Shown here piece after piece: positions 31,801 through 40,349 of a DNA stretch of 64,000 nt. This DNA is from a virus (lineage: Duplodnaviria > Heunggongvirae > Uroviricota > Caudoviricetes), in IMG/VR virus record IMGVR_UViG_3300031418_000001; one strand, written 5' to 3'. The notes below the pieces were generated by a model. It was not told where the DNA came from, searched no databases, and saw only the letters and a program-made list of their open reading frames with translations. Both the position numbers and the translations under genes were made by a program. Every line of letters starts with the position of its first letter. Within the stretch, counting starts at the first letter, position 1.

Positions 31801-34800
31801 TGACATAACAAGGTATTCACCACGTGCTTTATTAACTAAAGACCAGTCAAGGAATGAACGAGCAATATTATCCCAATTATAAACTTCACCATTTGAGTCA
31901 ATATCTTCGAAAATCCAACCCTGTGCTTCAAGGTATTCACCATAACCACGAACAAAGTTATAAACTTCTTGTGGAGTTTTTAATAGTGTACCATATTCAT
32001 AGTCAGTTGTACTGTTAATGAACTGGCTGTAATGTACTACTGACAGATTACCAGAAGAAACAGTTGTACGTTTACCAGTTTTATTAAAGTTCTGGACTTT
32101 AAACACTGGATTAACTAAATCATAACCATTTACTGAATAACCGTCACCTGTCCAAGTAACTTTAAGTGAGCTATAAACAGCTTCTTGAAAAACAGAACTT
32201 TTAACTAAACCGATTTGTTGGTTTTCTTGTGATACAAGACCAAAACTATCAGATTTGAACGTAAGGTTCTCAACTTTAGAGTATCCACCTAAACGATGAC
32301 CAATATTAACACCAGAAGAACGTAGAATATTACCATAATTCTTAGTAACATTGATATTTTCAGCAATCAGTGAATCAGAAATCCACATCTGGTATCCAAG
32401 AACGCGAATATCTTGTTCTGAATGTACAATTGAACTTGAATTAAAGTTCAGACGACTATCAATTTCACCATACTGGAACTGTGACGAACCATTCTTAACT
32501 TCTTTAAGGCTGTTATTTTTAGTATCATAGTAATAGGTACTAAATTGTGCTGGTTTAGCTCTTAGTAGTGTTAGAGCACGGTCAAATGAAAACATTGGTG
32601 TGTTAGCATATGCGAATTCAATATCACCTAAATCACCAAATTTCCAAGGTTCAGCTAAATGATTCAATGCACCACTGATCATACCTAATTCTACTGGTGA
32701 TTTAAGAATAACTTGCTTAATTTCTTCACCGTTATCCGCAATCTCTCCAGTACTAACAATTTCAAAAGGTACTTTACCAAAATGTTTGAATTCTGCATGT
32801 GTTCCTTGACGGTCGCCACCACGGATATAACCATTACTTGCATCACCCTTAACACCGTTAACATCCCATAGCTTATTAGTAACTTTCTGACCATTTTGAT
32901 CGGTATAAACTGCATCATAAACATTCATATATTCATTTGCGGTTTTACCGATTTGAACTTTTACAAATTTATATGCATTATTAAACCAATCAGGACGTTG
33001 AGTATAACCAAACATTTCCCAAGGGTGAGTATGTGGACGGTATGTACCGTACATATCTTTATAAATTGCACGCCATGAACCACGAGCAGAAATATCACTT
33101 ATAACACCATCAATGATATATTTGGTGCCTGAGAAGTTCCATGTCATCCAGTTATTTTTATCATAATCGTGTACAGTACTATCAATTTTATTAGTTGCAA
33201 TAAAATTAGTATAGCCACGAAGTGAAAGAGTAGTGAACTCATCACGTGTGTACTCTGTATTCTGATTATAAGCAGTTGGGTTAAGGTTATATTCGTTAAG
33301 AATTGGCAGATATTCATTATCTTTAAAATCAATATCAATACTATCGTAAATTCTATTTTCTAATTCATATACAACTTCGTCCATTAGTGGTACTTGGTTG
33401 TTAACAGCAAATGCTTTACTAACTGAACCAGTGTGGTCAATGTTATAACAACCAACGCCACTACCAACATGCAGATAAACTGCTTTTTGTGGTTTAAATG
33501 AACCAAGGATACCTAAGAATTGAGGTGTTGCTGGAATATAGGTTCTGTTAATATTAGAACTTGAACCAACAAGATCAATTGCAAATGGGAATTCAGAACT
33601 CTTGCCAATATTCAGTTTAGTCAGAATTTCATCAACAATAACAGTAGCTGATTTAGCTAAGAATGTTTGTGGATTCGCATTGTAAAGTTGAATCATAACA
33701 TTATTAAATCTGTTTTTAAATCTGAAATATTCACTCTGATTATACATGATAGCATCAAACAGATTTAGACTTTCATTCGCTGTAGTTAACATCAATGGAA
33801 GTAGTGATGCTTCATTTTGAATAATCTGAGTACTTACAGAGTTATCTACAAGACCCGCTGCTAATCTCTGTTCATAATCATTAAGATCATTAACTGCACC
33901 AGTAGTAATATTTTTACGGATAACTTCTTGGAAATGTAAAGTATACAAACCAGCATGAACGAATTCTACTTTTTCATTCATTGGGTTATTACGTAAATTG
34001 TTAGGTACTTCATATGCACCAAGTTCTTTGTTAGGAACAATGTCTTTGCTATATGTTCTGAAGGTGATTAAACTATCATCAGAAAATGATGTACTGTCGT
34101 TAATTTGCACATAATCAACAAAACCATCAGCATTAAGGATAGTTGTATATGCATCACTTAGCAGTGATTCACCATCAACATAAACTTCAATAACATCAGA
34201 TGAATTTGGTTTAATTTTTTGTGCTACTTCATATTTTGTATTATACACATCTGAACTGATTGCATCAGTACTGATTGCATTCCAAGAAATTGAAGCTGAA
34301 CCATCTTTTTTAGTGTACTGATATGTAGTGTCATTCTCAATTACATAAGCATACATAAATTCTATAGGAGCATCAAAGTTGTTTAATTCATACAGGTTTC
34401 CAAAAACACGGTACATAGAATTTTTAGATACGTTCTGTACTTGGTGAACATATTGTTTAGAATCTTCTTTTGAACGAATCCAATCAGTTTCTATTTGAGA
34501 AACTAATTCACCTGCTTCATTCTCACTGATAACATTGTAATAGTAGAAACCTGGGATTTCTGTATTGTTGCCATTACGAATGTAATTATAGCGAGTACTC
34601 TGTAGGAAGTTCTCAAAGATATAATAGTTAAGATCACTTAGTTCAATGTGTTTACCATAAATGCCATCTTCGCCAAAATTATAGTTAATTTTAAAGCCAA
34701 AGATTTCAGAACCAGTAAAGGTACTGTTTGGATATTTGGTCATATCACTTAATTTTGTTCCTGAACGATCATAAAGTACAAACAGTGGTGAACTGTTAAT

Positions 34801-35835
34801 TCCAGATTTAACTTGTGTTTCTGTCCAGTTTTTACCATTCCAGTAGAAAGAACGGTTAGCATAGGTAGAACCTTTGCGAATAAGAACTACATCACCAATA
34901 TGTGGTTCACCTGTTAATCTTCCAGTATGTTGTTCATCTTCATCAAGTGCTAAACCGTAAACCTTAGTATTATCTTCCATTGTTTTAACGTAAGTTTTAT
35001 AGATACGGTTGTTCTCACCAGGATTACCAATACTGGTGAACAGGATACGATCACCTGCTTTTAAAAGATTACCGTCAACGCGAACGTTATCAGTGATACG
35101 TCTTTGAACAATATCTTCTGGTTTAATGTTATCAGCGAAATAGTCAACAACACCACGGAAACGAGTACCGTAGTTAACTAATTCAATATTTTTGTTATAT
35201 TCAATAATAGGTGCGGTAGCACGTTTAAAACGAGCAGTTTGTGCTAAAGATTCAGTCAGAACTGAACCGTCAGATAATTCCTGACCAATAGTATACCAGT
35301 AGTTCTGTAGTGACCAAGTGTTACCGTTTAATGCACCACGTTCCATTACGATATAATCTTGTTCGATACCGTATTCATTTTGGGTGTCCCAAAAATAAGA
35401 ACTGTAGTTAATCATTTTATTAGGGTTAATAGGTGGTGTCCATGAATAGAACTTTCCACTTAGTAGACGACTTTCATTATCGGTAATAGAACCGTTAGAA
35501 CCCAGGAAACCTACAAGGTCTGGATAAAATTGAAGGGAACGAATACTCTTATCATCATTACGGCTAACATATGCTGGAGAAAACTGATATTCTTGGCGAG
35601 CAACATCCTTTTCATTTAAGAAAATTCTACCCACTGCGGCTGGTGAACTGCGATCACCAATATAACCGTCAGATACTTCTTGTTCTTCTGGATTAAACCA
35701 AGGTTGAATAGCTTCATCAAAGAACATCTGAATTTGCTCAAGGTTCTGCATGAATTCAGGTAATCTTTTAATAACTAATTTTTTATTCACTGCTTCACTT
35801 ACTTTAGAAGGTTGGAATCGAAATTGGTTAGCCAT
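25840..35835 (-). CDS. Giant (~3,330 aa) baseplate wedge protein (gp7-like position)
   Basis: Uninterrupted ORF downstream of gp6. The likely start is ATG35835 (MANQFR), after GGAG; the upstream ATG35925 spans a terminator. Confidence 0.75.
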   Translation of the reverse strand: MANQFRFQPSKVSEAVNKKLVIKRLPEFMQNLEQIQMFFDEAIQPWFNPEEQEVSDGYIGDRSSPAAVGRIFLNEKDVARQEYQFSPAYVSRNDDKSIRSLQFYPDLVGFLGSNGSITDNESRLLSGKFYSWTPPINPNKMINYSSYFWDTQNEYGIEQDYIVMERGALNGNTWSLQNYWYTIGQELSDGSVLTESLAQTARFKRATAPIIEYNKNIELVNYGTRFRGVVDYFADNIKPEDIVQRRITDNVRVDGNLLKAGDRILFTSIGNPGENNRIYKTYVKTMEDNTKVYGLALDEDEQHTGRLTGEPHIGDVVLIRKGSTYANRSFYWNGKNWTETQVKSGINSSPLFVLYDRSGTKLSDMTKYPNSTFTGSEIFGFKINYNFGEDGIYGKHIELSDLNYYIFENFLQSTRYNYIRNGNNTEIPGFYYYNVISENEAGELVSQIETDWIRSKEDSKQYVHQVQNVSKNSMYRVFGNLYELNNFDAPIEFMYAYVIENDTTYQYTKKDGSASISWNAISTDAISSDVYNTKYEVAQKIKPNSSDVIEVYVDGESLLSDAYTTILNADGFVDYVQINDSTSFSDDSLITFRTYSKDIVPNKELGAYEVPNNLRNNPMNEKVEFVHAGLYTLHFQEVIRKNITTGAVNDLNDYEQRLAAGLVDNSVSTQIIQNEASLLPLMLTTANESLNLFDAIMYNQSEYFRFKNRFNNVMIQLYNANPQTFLAKSATVIVDEILTKLNIGKSSEFPFAIDLVGSSSNINRTYIPATPQFLGILGSFKPQKAVYLHVGSGVGCYNIDHTGSVSKAFAVNNQVPLMDEVVYELENRIYDSIDIDFKDNEYLPILNEYNLNPTAYNQNTEYTRDEFTTLSLRGYTNFIATNKIDSTVHDYDKNNWMTWNFSGTKYIIDGVISDISARGSWRAIYKDMYGTYRPHTHPWEMFGYTQRPDWFNNAYKFVKVQIGKTANEYMNVYDAVYTDQNGQKVTNKLWDVNGVKGDASNGYIRGGDRQGTHAEFKHFGKVPFEIVSTGEIADNGEEIKQVILKSPVELGMISGALNHLAEPWKFGDLGDIEFAYANTPMFSFDRALTLLRAKPAQFSTYYYDTKNNSLKEVKNGSSQFQYGEIDSRLNFNSSSIVHSEQDIRVLGYQMWISDSLIAENINVTKNYGNILRSSGVNIGHRLGGYSKVENLTFKSDSFGLVSQENQQIGLVKSSVFQEAVYSSLKVTWTGDGYSVNGYDLVNPVFKVQNFNKTGKRTTVSSGNLSVVHYSQFINSTTDYEYGTLLKTPQEVYNFVRGYGEYLEAQGWIFEDIDSNGEVYNWDNIARSFLDWSLVNKARGEYLVMSPSTASAKFGSTFGSVLSVTQYSGGVWSLLDSAGTGIRPNEISTSRIGNVFTVRMDDDSKQMALIRLNLVSFEHAIIFDDETIFGDSIYMPVYGSIHEMLKLYGYITASWNGRLEAPGFMILESGTLPNFEKLANDFTKYYDNENPSDNSELNSLSRHLIGFQSREYLREMITADTAQVDFYKGYIKEKGTRQAFEKVLRVSKTYNTENYKALEEWAFKVGTYGNVNGKKHLQFQLINNEIKQQPQLFVFDSNNTSDTSDSTIQYFGENGVDSRWITRPTGKFSFPMRTGSTSNISLPNIGPVTTNEVDIISKDFSTVNAVRLNYYYMNNAQPASAWILRDQSAEWNIFNIVNTGLTIESITVNESEVQEQNTHCTITLSGAHGMKNGDIYFFNDVSGFMPDVLQNEREYYISTDNDNSFIIPMELVNDITFTDNKPVLYIYKSKFSTNQDKEAYVADKYEYNAPESKLFDRPCTYNMLNNIPDVTFNVYDPINGVIPGSIMREIKYVTSVDPASFNVYDATSNAWGSEHVGEVWWDTTNAFFLEYTRAIYNDDGTVNEEATKQYKRTNWGKLLPDASIDVYEWVRSPKSPIEWDAYCTRQQKLNKDPNAWVPSGTVNVDADWSQFDEWDATTSSYKTFYYFWVKNPIFLPKVNSRHKPVNEITNALIDPLNLNQPWFAPIDEKSFIVSSNELLVTDDTSVLSITYQDDVTEVIKHEQYQLCKEGLDYNFNPNVWNSLFNSLTCEEELADGTINELQYPKTLLGDDSNKTWFKDVVEARREFVVSANNIFKTLNVTTNTILMDTVFNVKTEKENPNQVTFKVIRYNNEYVLSVANRIFTENDSVIVGSTGTLPNPLLQTDVYFVHITDEGYIKLMRSPSSNGSAITITLTDIGLGKHHIIKQSDYISALGTDLDMTQYWTLTDWYSLGYNENTEYTVEVSIDEANRKNYQEGDCIKITGSDGIWTLYVKTYSRDVVLWQPVGRQNSTIKLNDKIYNGYSQYDESGKATQLETNARSAIKLLKSTFDTVQSRLVFDMVKYVHVEQTVVDWVFKTSYIYVVGLEQPLQRSYLQQDDLIGQIVTYFEEVKPYRTKIRSQIEQKTSDTDEVNGLYNDLGPNGYIYSNGSWVKSEPDVWDYQYAEWDEIEGAYKIVGELPTDFEYPQRPFQESTEVLVFDNVNCTPESNLGTIVEMEKVDNKFKSQSQDRLGYGEHYKLQRFKFSTPVYNVDNLGVNVVYNLSNMGYPLNTSAGYPKAINDYYITIKDDFEQTVKFTADVESVMKNVFSTDENIQNTIKYSQYNTLANRLKLYTNKTDSTISYDVNCPFKGLILNDNPNSRLPFGYSAESDTNKGYILKSQDVYFWYKDKVQEENPSFTEEQINEYLIYEYGLYPWSVDIAENGKFYSDTYLVLAAMLNNYVLSETDPYDRAKEILDAPTLDSYCMVLVPRKYIQVSKVGTNVNYTIPADTGLDEFMEQQLISGNEVWEMNHVSLDDLPHDTNNPLYSELLSVLTNTEGEDFVDDMNSFDNLALESQYKTLTYSANGVVGSDDPVFFDISEINPDGRDISQIKFTVDGYNFDTSGNLALKDFGTYQIEGLVVQNPYNLKEVYVSIPRYEEAMEYLDKTNFNRKEIKYFNKIKEVVSTSGVVNIPGHSLQVGDNVIISGAEFNDYFEKQLDGSEVQILSSATVKDGNRPKIFKVSSVSDDNVTIDGLTFDATFSSDNTSSFIRSSYGTALSVVRITNFNDVSFDGSQKKYSNVRKYSLTVLDYDVYYDRTIDSYEYKEDEYDMWYISNEVVTAEDGSEVDHGFYMPIYAKGALSELVRVVNTDSLQIFVYEYKTSDIKPTYSASTQKWNYSKTVKDGIYIDSVGASLSVMIKDLDKTYVTKPTEVINILINGDKVESSNVSDNVLYGINAEIAKARNGYLLRGALRTVEKYYDKTSGSTVLSLNFGKQEDLEYYSDGYDVIPNTYFSTGLPVSTDIGTLLKQK

Positions 35836-35881
35836 GTAATATTCTCCGTTAAAATTCTTTTTTTCATTGAAATTATTTATC

Positions 35882-35914
35882 AAAGAAAAAGGGGAACTAA
35901 AAGTTCCCCTAAAA
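35882..35914 (-). terminator. Terminator after gp6
   Basis: Minus strand GGGGAAC-tttta-GTTCCCC-TTTTTCTTT, followed by TAAATA at 35874-35879. Confidence 0.75.
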
Positions 35915-38900
35915 TTACTGTCCAATATTAATATTTGTCTGTGAAAGAGAGTTCACAATAACAACGTCACTAACTGATGCAGTACTAACAAACAACTGGT
36001 CTGATTCACATGGTATCTCAAAGAGCGTACCAAATTTTGAATTAGGGTTTGTTGGTACAATAACTATAGTACTAATGTCAGTTTGCATATTCTGGTGAAT
36101 ATATGTACATAGTTCAGTGAAGTAAAAACTTTCACCGAAGTCCCAATTGTCCACATCAAAGAAGTTATTTGTAAGTTCAATAACTTTTTGACGAATTTCA
36201 TCATCACTGAGTGTGGTATTAGGTGCACGAACAACCTTAAATGTAGATCTATAATTATCTTCTGCAACTTCACCAAACAATGGCAAGTATCTTGCACTGT
36301 GCCATATGGTGCTATCACTTACTACAATTTTTCTCTCAACTTCAGAGAACATATCTTTTAATTCAGTACTGGTTGGAGGTTTTGGGAAATCTCCGTTTTG
36401 TACTTTTACCCACAAATTAACTTCATCACGATATGAGGTAGTTAACACATACATATCAATCAAGTTTGTTTTACTCGGATCAATTCGATTATCATCAGGT
36501 GCATAGTGTTTCCACTGGAAAGCAAGTGAAACACGAGCATCGTCTTTAATCAAATATTCAGTACTTACATCTTTATAACCATAGTAATCAAGTTTAACAG
36601 TTTCATTCGCTTTAGGAACTGACATGTTCTGAATAGCACGATAGAATGCAGTTTCTGCTGTAATTTGTGCTGAGTCGGAAGGTAAGGTCATGTTACTAAC
36701 AAAATTACCCAATCTCTCATTATTATTACTTACAGTCTGTTCAATATAGTACTTTTTATCTTCATAAGTAAAAGCAATAACAAAACCTGAACCTTTACTA
36801 TATAATCCACTCATCCCATTAGTTCTGGAGTTGATATTTCGTAAAAATGCTTCTTTCTTATAAGCAATAGTCTCAGATTGTGCATCCTGAACAGTATAAG
36901 TCCATGTACTATCAAGAATAGTGAATTTACTGTTAGGTAAAGGTATATAATCAATAGTAAAGTCTTCATTTAAGTGCAATACGATAGAAGAACCATATTT
37001 TTGTTTATCCGTTCCAGTATATTCAGGTACTAACGTTCTGTAAGCATTTGGATTTAACGGAATACCGTTACTATCAACTTCAGAACTCGTAATTAGTACA
37101 CGTGAACCATCCATATATCCATTTTCTTGTGTAACGGTATCAACAATCTGGAAATCTACATCTTCTGAGTATCCAATGTTAGAATTAGGAGTACTATTAA
37201 CCGAAAGTACATTTATTTTATCAGTCTGAACAGTACCAGTACTAATATCTGATATTTTATTCTTATTAACAAAATAAAATTTAACTTTATCACCACCAAC
37301 GAACACATAATTCACACCATAGGAGATAAAATCCCAAGTACTTGCATTAAATGTTGCTTTCATGAATAGAGGATATTCAATATTACCCACTGTGATTGAA
37401 TTTTCAGTAAATGAACCTTCAACAACAACCCAAGTTGATTGTACTGGATCAAAATACAATGCAAAATCAGTCTGTTTAGCTAATTGAGTTGCAATTACTT
37501 GTACTTCAGTTGGACTAAACTTAGTCTTGAACACTCTGATGTACTTAGATGCAATCCATCCAGAGCTAACAGCCTTTGAAAGTACAAGATAATCATCATC
37601 TGTCTTCTGAAGTACTGAAGTCCACTCAGATAGTGAGCTATCTGCGTTGGTAAACATAATCAAAGTACCAACATCATAAGATGTTACCTGTGAACCAGTG
37701 TTTAATTTACCATAAGTACCAGTCTGATAAGCAGAATTTGATTCAGGATTCCAGTAATATAAAGTAGCATTAGATATAGTGTTAGAAGGATACTCCTGAT
37801 AACGCTGAATAACTGAAGTACTTGAAATTAATGGTTGAATGTCGTCAATTACTATACTTGTATTTGATTTACTTGTTGGTAAAGCAATTGATTTCTTAAC
37901 TATCGCACCTTCTTCATCACGATATACGGCACCATCATCAGAAAACACATCAGTATTCTGATATTTTCCAGTTGGATCATTAATATCAATGAATCTGGAT
38001 TGACCTGAATATATACGGTTAATAGCTTTTGATTTAACTACTGCATTACCCAACATTTGAGGGGCAATATTATAATCTTCACCTGTTACTACGCGACCTT
38101 GTGTATAATAGTTCTGTGGAGCACGGTTTTTAATCTGTGCTAATGTTTCTTTAGCCAATGAGTTATTAACTGATTCCTGTAGGGAAAATTTAACAGTTAA
38201 TGTACTTGATTGATCCTGACTTTGACCAGCGGTACGGTAAGAATATTCAGCAGTCTTGTCCTGAATATCAGTAGTTTTGATAGAATAAGTTTTACCATTA
38301 CTCTTTCTGTACCATACACGGTAGATACCACGTGGAACGTTACCACTTCTTGAATCAGGGAATTTAATAGTAATTGCATCGTTATCACGAGTTGTTACGG
38401 AATAGATATTTTTAACCTTTCTGTCAACTGAGTTGTATGATATTGATTCAATAGCTGGAACTTTAGTCCATTTAACACGGATAACAGCATCTTCTGTTAT
38501 TTCCTGCACCCAAACGTCGAGTTCATTAATATCAGTACTGTCAATGTCAACACTTCTATTCTCAATACTTTGAGAAAACTCAAAATCTTGATATGACAAT
38601 GTTCCTTGTTTAAAGTAAACAAAGAATCCAGTATCAGGTGAATTAAAACCATTACCATCATTACGATAAATGATATTTTGCTGTGCTTGTGGTTCTGGAT
38701 GACGTTCAACAAACAAACCTTCGCTTGTAATATCAGGGTTTACTACTTCCATATTCATGCTTTCTCCGTTCACGTTCGCAGTGAACTGGATACTTGGTTT
38801 ACTGAATGGAATTGTGTTCATACGGTAGATGTAATTCGTTACAGAATCAGCTACTACTTTTTTAATTGGTTCCCCATATTGATTTGAAGAAAGGAAAGTA

Positions 38901-39385
38901 CTATTCATTACAAGAATAAAGTTCTCTCTCCAATCTGGATCAATAGGGTCGTTCCAGCGAATAGGTTTACCTTTAAGGGAATCTCCATTACTGTTACGAA
39001 TATCTTGGTTAGTACTGATTTCTGTAATTTTCGCAAGTGAACGTGCTGGATAGCAACGGCGTGGAGAATAAGAAATCATCTTAGCAAGTTTCAGTACTGA
39101 ATTACGTCTCTCTGCTGTATCCAGAAAGTTTTCACGACTGTTTAGATCCATACGGAAAGCTAAGTTCTGACCAAGGAATGAAATTGTGTCTAAAATAAAA
39201 ATAAATTCGTCGTTCTCTATCCAGTCATTATAACTATCAGGGTACGTTGTACGGATATAACTAACCATACTGCTTCTGATAGTATCATAATCATAACTCT
39301 GCAAGTTGATCTTACGAAAACTTTCATATACTAATTTCCAATCTTCACCAGCGTAAAGATTAGATGTTCTTGTTGAAATCGCCAT
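35915..39385 (-). CDS. gp6: Baseplate wedge subunit
   Basis: YDYDTIRSSM...LAFRMDLNSRENFLDTAERRNSVLKLAKMISY and APQNYYTQGRVVTGEDY. Confidence 0.88.
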   Translation of the reverse strand: MAISTRTSNLYAGEDWKLVYESFRKINLQSYDYDTIRSSMVSYIRTTYPDSYNDWIENDEFIFILDTISFLGQNLAFRMDLNSRENFLDTAERRNSVLKLAKMISYSPRRCYPARSLAKITEISTNQDIRNSNGDSLKGKPIRWNDPIDPDWRENFILVMNSTFLSSNQYGEPIKKVVADSVTNYIYRMNTIPFSKPSIQFTANVNGESMNMEVVNPDITSEGLFVERHPEPQAQQNIIYRNDGNGFNSPDTGFFVYFKQGTLSYQDFEFSQSIENRSVDIDSTDINELDVWVQEITEDAVIRVKWTKVPAIESISYNSVDRKVKNIYSVTTRDNDAITIKFPDSRSGNVPRGIYRVWYRKSNGKTYSIKTTDIQDKTAEYSYRTAGQSQDQSSTLTVKFSLQESVNNSLAKETLAQIKNRAPQNYYTQGRVVTGEDYNIAPQMLGNAVVKSKAINRIYSGQSRFIDINDPTGKYQNTDVFSDDGAVYRDEEGAIVKKSIALPTSKSNTSIVIDDIQPLISSTSVIQRYQEYPSNTISNATLYYWNPESNSAYQTGTYGKLNTGSQVTSYDVGTLIMFTNADSSLSEWTSVLQKTDDDYLVLSKAVSSGWIASKYIRVFKTKFSPTEVQVIATQLAKQTDFALYFDPVQSTWVVVEGSFTENSITVGNIEYPLFMKATFNASTWDFISYGVNYVFVGGDKVKFYFVNKNKISDISTGTVQTDKINVLSVNSTPNSNIGYSEDVDFQIVDTVTQENGYMDGSRVLITSSEVDSNGIPLNPNAYRTLVPEYTGTDKQKYGSSIVLHLNEDFTIDYIPLPNSKFTILDSTWTYTVQDAQSETIAYKKEAFLRNINSRTNGMSGLYSKGSGFVIAFTYEDKKYYIEQTVSNNNERLGNFVSNMTLPSDSAQITAETAFYRAIQNMSVPKANETVKLDYYGYKDVSTEYLIKDDARVSLAFQWKHYAPDDNRIDPSKTNLIDMYVLTTSYRDEVNLWVKVQNGDFPKPPTSTELKDMFSEVERKIVVSDSTIWHSARYLPLFGEVAEDNYRSTFKVVRAPNTTLSDDEIRQKVIELTNNFFDVDNWDFGESFYFTELCTYIHQNMQTDISTIVIVPTNPNSKFGTLFEIPCESDQLFVSTASVSDVVIVNSLSQTNINIGQ

Positions 39386-39440
39386 GTTGGAAATACCTCA
39401 TTAAATGTCCATTTAACAATATAGAAATATTTATTAAAAG

Positions 39441-39466
39441 AAAAGGCATCCGAATGGATGCCTTTA
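39441..39466. terminator. Intrinsic terminator
   Basis: AAAAGGCATCC-gaat-GGATGCCTTTT. Confidence 0.85.
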
Positions 39467-39468
39467 TA

Positions 39469-39840
39469 TTACTGCATTCTGTTTAGTGAACGCTGGTCAA
39501 ATACGACTGATAGGGTATCGACAGTATCGAGATTAACAAAGTACAATTCAATATTGAGAATGTACCCGTACTCTATTTTCTGAATATCAATGATACGTTC
39601 ATTAACACGAGGTTCCATGTCAATAATACGTCTGGCATCGGATTCAATCATTTCAGGTACTCCAGGAGTATCCAGTTCAAAGATTAAATCCCATCCAATG
39701 AAACCATATTCGGTATCCATTACTCTTTCACCCTTACGAGTATAGAAATGATTTAATAGACCACGTTTAACAAGTTCCACATCATAAAGTACTTCAGTTT
39801 TACCTACTACTGGTGAACCGAATCCAATAAATGTTGCCAT
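39469..39840 (-). CDS. gp25: Baseplate wedge subunit (gp25 family)
   Basis: LLNHFYTRKGERVMDTEYG...EPRV. Confidence 0.9.
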   Translation of the reverse strand: MATFIGFGSPVVGKTEVLYDVELVKRGLLNHFYTRKGERVMDTEYGFIGWDLIFELDTPGVPEMIESDARRIIDMEPRVNERIIDIQKIEYGYILNIELYFVNLDTVDTLSVVFDQRSLNRMQ

Positions 39841-39849
39841 ATATTATCC

Positions 39850-40335
39850 TTAGCAGGATTCAATGCGTTTAGCTAAAATCTCTGCACGATTAGTTGTTTG
39901 TCTGTACCACAGAGAATTACGCATTCCATTAGCAGCAGCTTTGTAATTTTTAGCAGCAAGTAAACTTAGAGTATTTTTAAATTTATCTACTCCCTGTTTA
40001 CCCATCTGGAATACCATTTCAACAAGTACACGTTGTGCGTCTTCTGGTATATCCATTTTATACTGATCATAAATTGATTTAGCGTCTGCTACTTTAGATT
40101 CCAAATCACGGGCTAATAGTGCGTCACCCTGTGATTCAGTTAATCCATCTTTGAAATTTTCTGTTTTAGTAATAAGGTGTCCGTACCCAATGGTAGGGAA
40201 ACCCAAATGATCTTTGTAAGTCCAGAATTTTCCATTCTTGAAATAGCCTAACTTCGTTTGATACTGTATAGTACCTTCAAACGTCTTAATATTATTAAGA
40301 AGTTTTGCATCAGTACTTTTAATTATCCATGACAT
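39850..40335 (-). CDS. T4-type (GH24) lysozyme
   Basis: FEG...YKDHLGFPTIGYGHLI...LVEMVFQMG...F...SLWYRQTTNRA. Start 40335 follows GGGAG. Confidence 0.9.
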   Translation of the reverse strand: MSWIIKSTDAKLLNNIKTFEGTIQYQTKLGYFKNGKFWTYKDHLGFPTIGYGHLITKTENFKDGLTESQGDALLARDLESKVADAKSIYDQYKMDIPEDAQRVLVEMVFQMGKQGVDKFKNTLSLLAAKNYKAAANGMRNSLWYRQTTNRAEILAKRIESC

Positions 40336-40349
40336 ATTTAATACTCCCT

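Noticed and set aside
35835-35925. ORF-track start at 35925 for the giant baseplate gene
   Set aside because: It overlaps the gp6 stop, a terminator and a late promoter. ATG35835 has an RBS.
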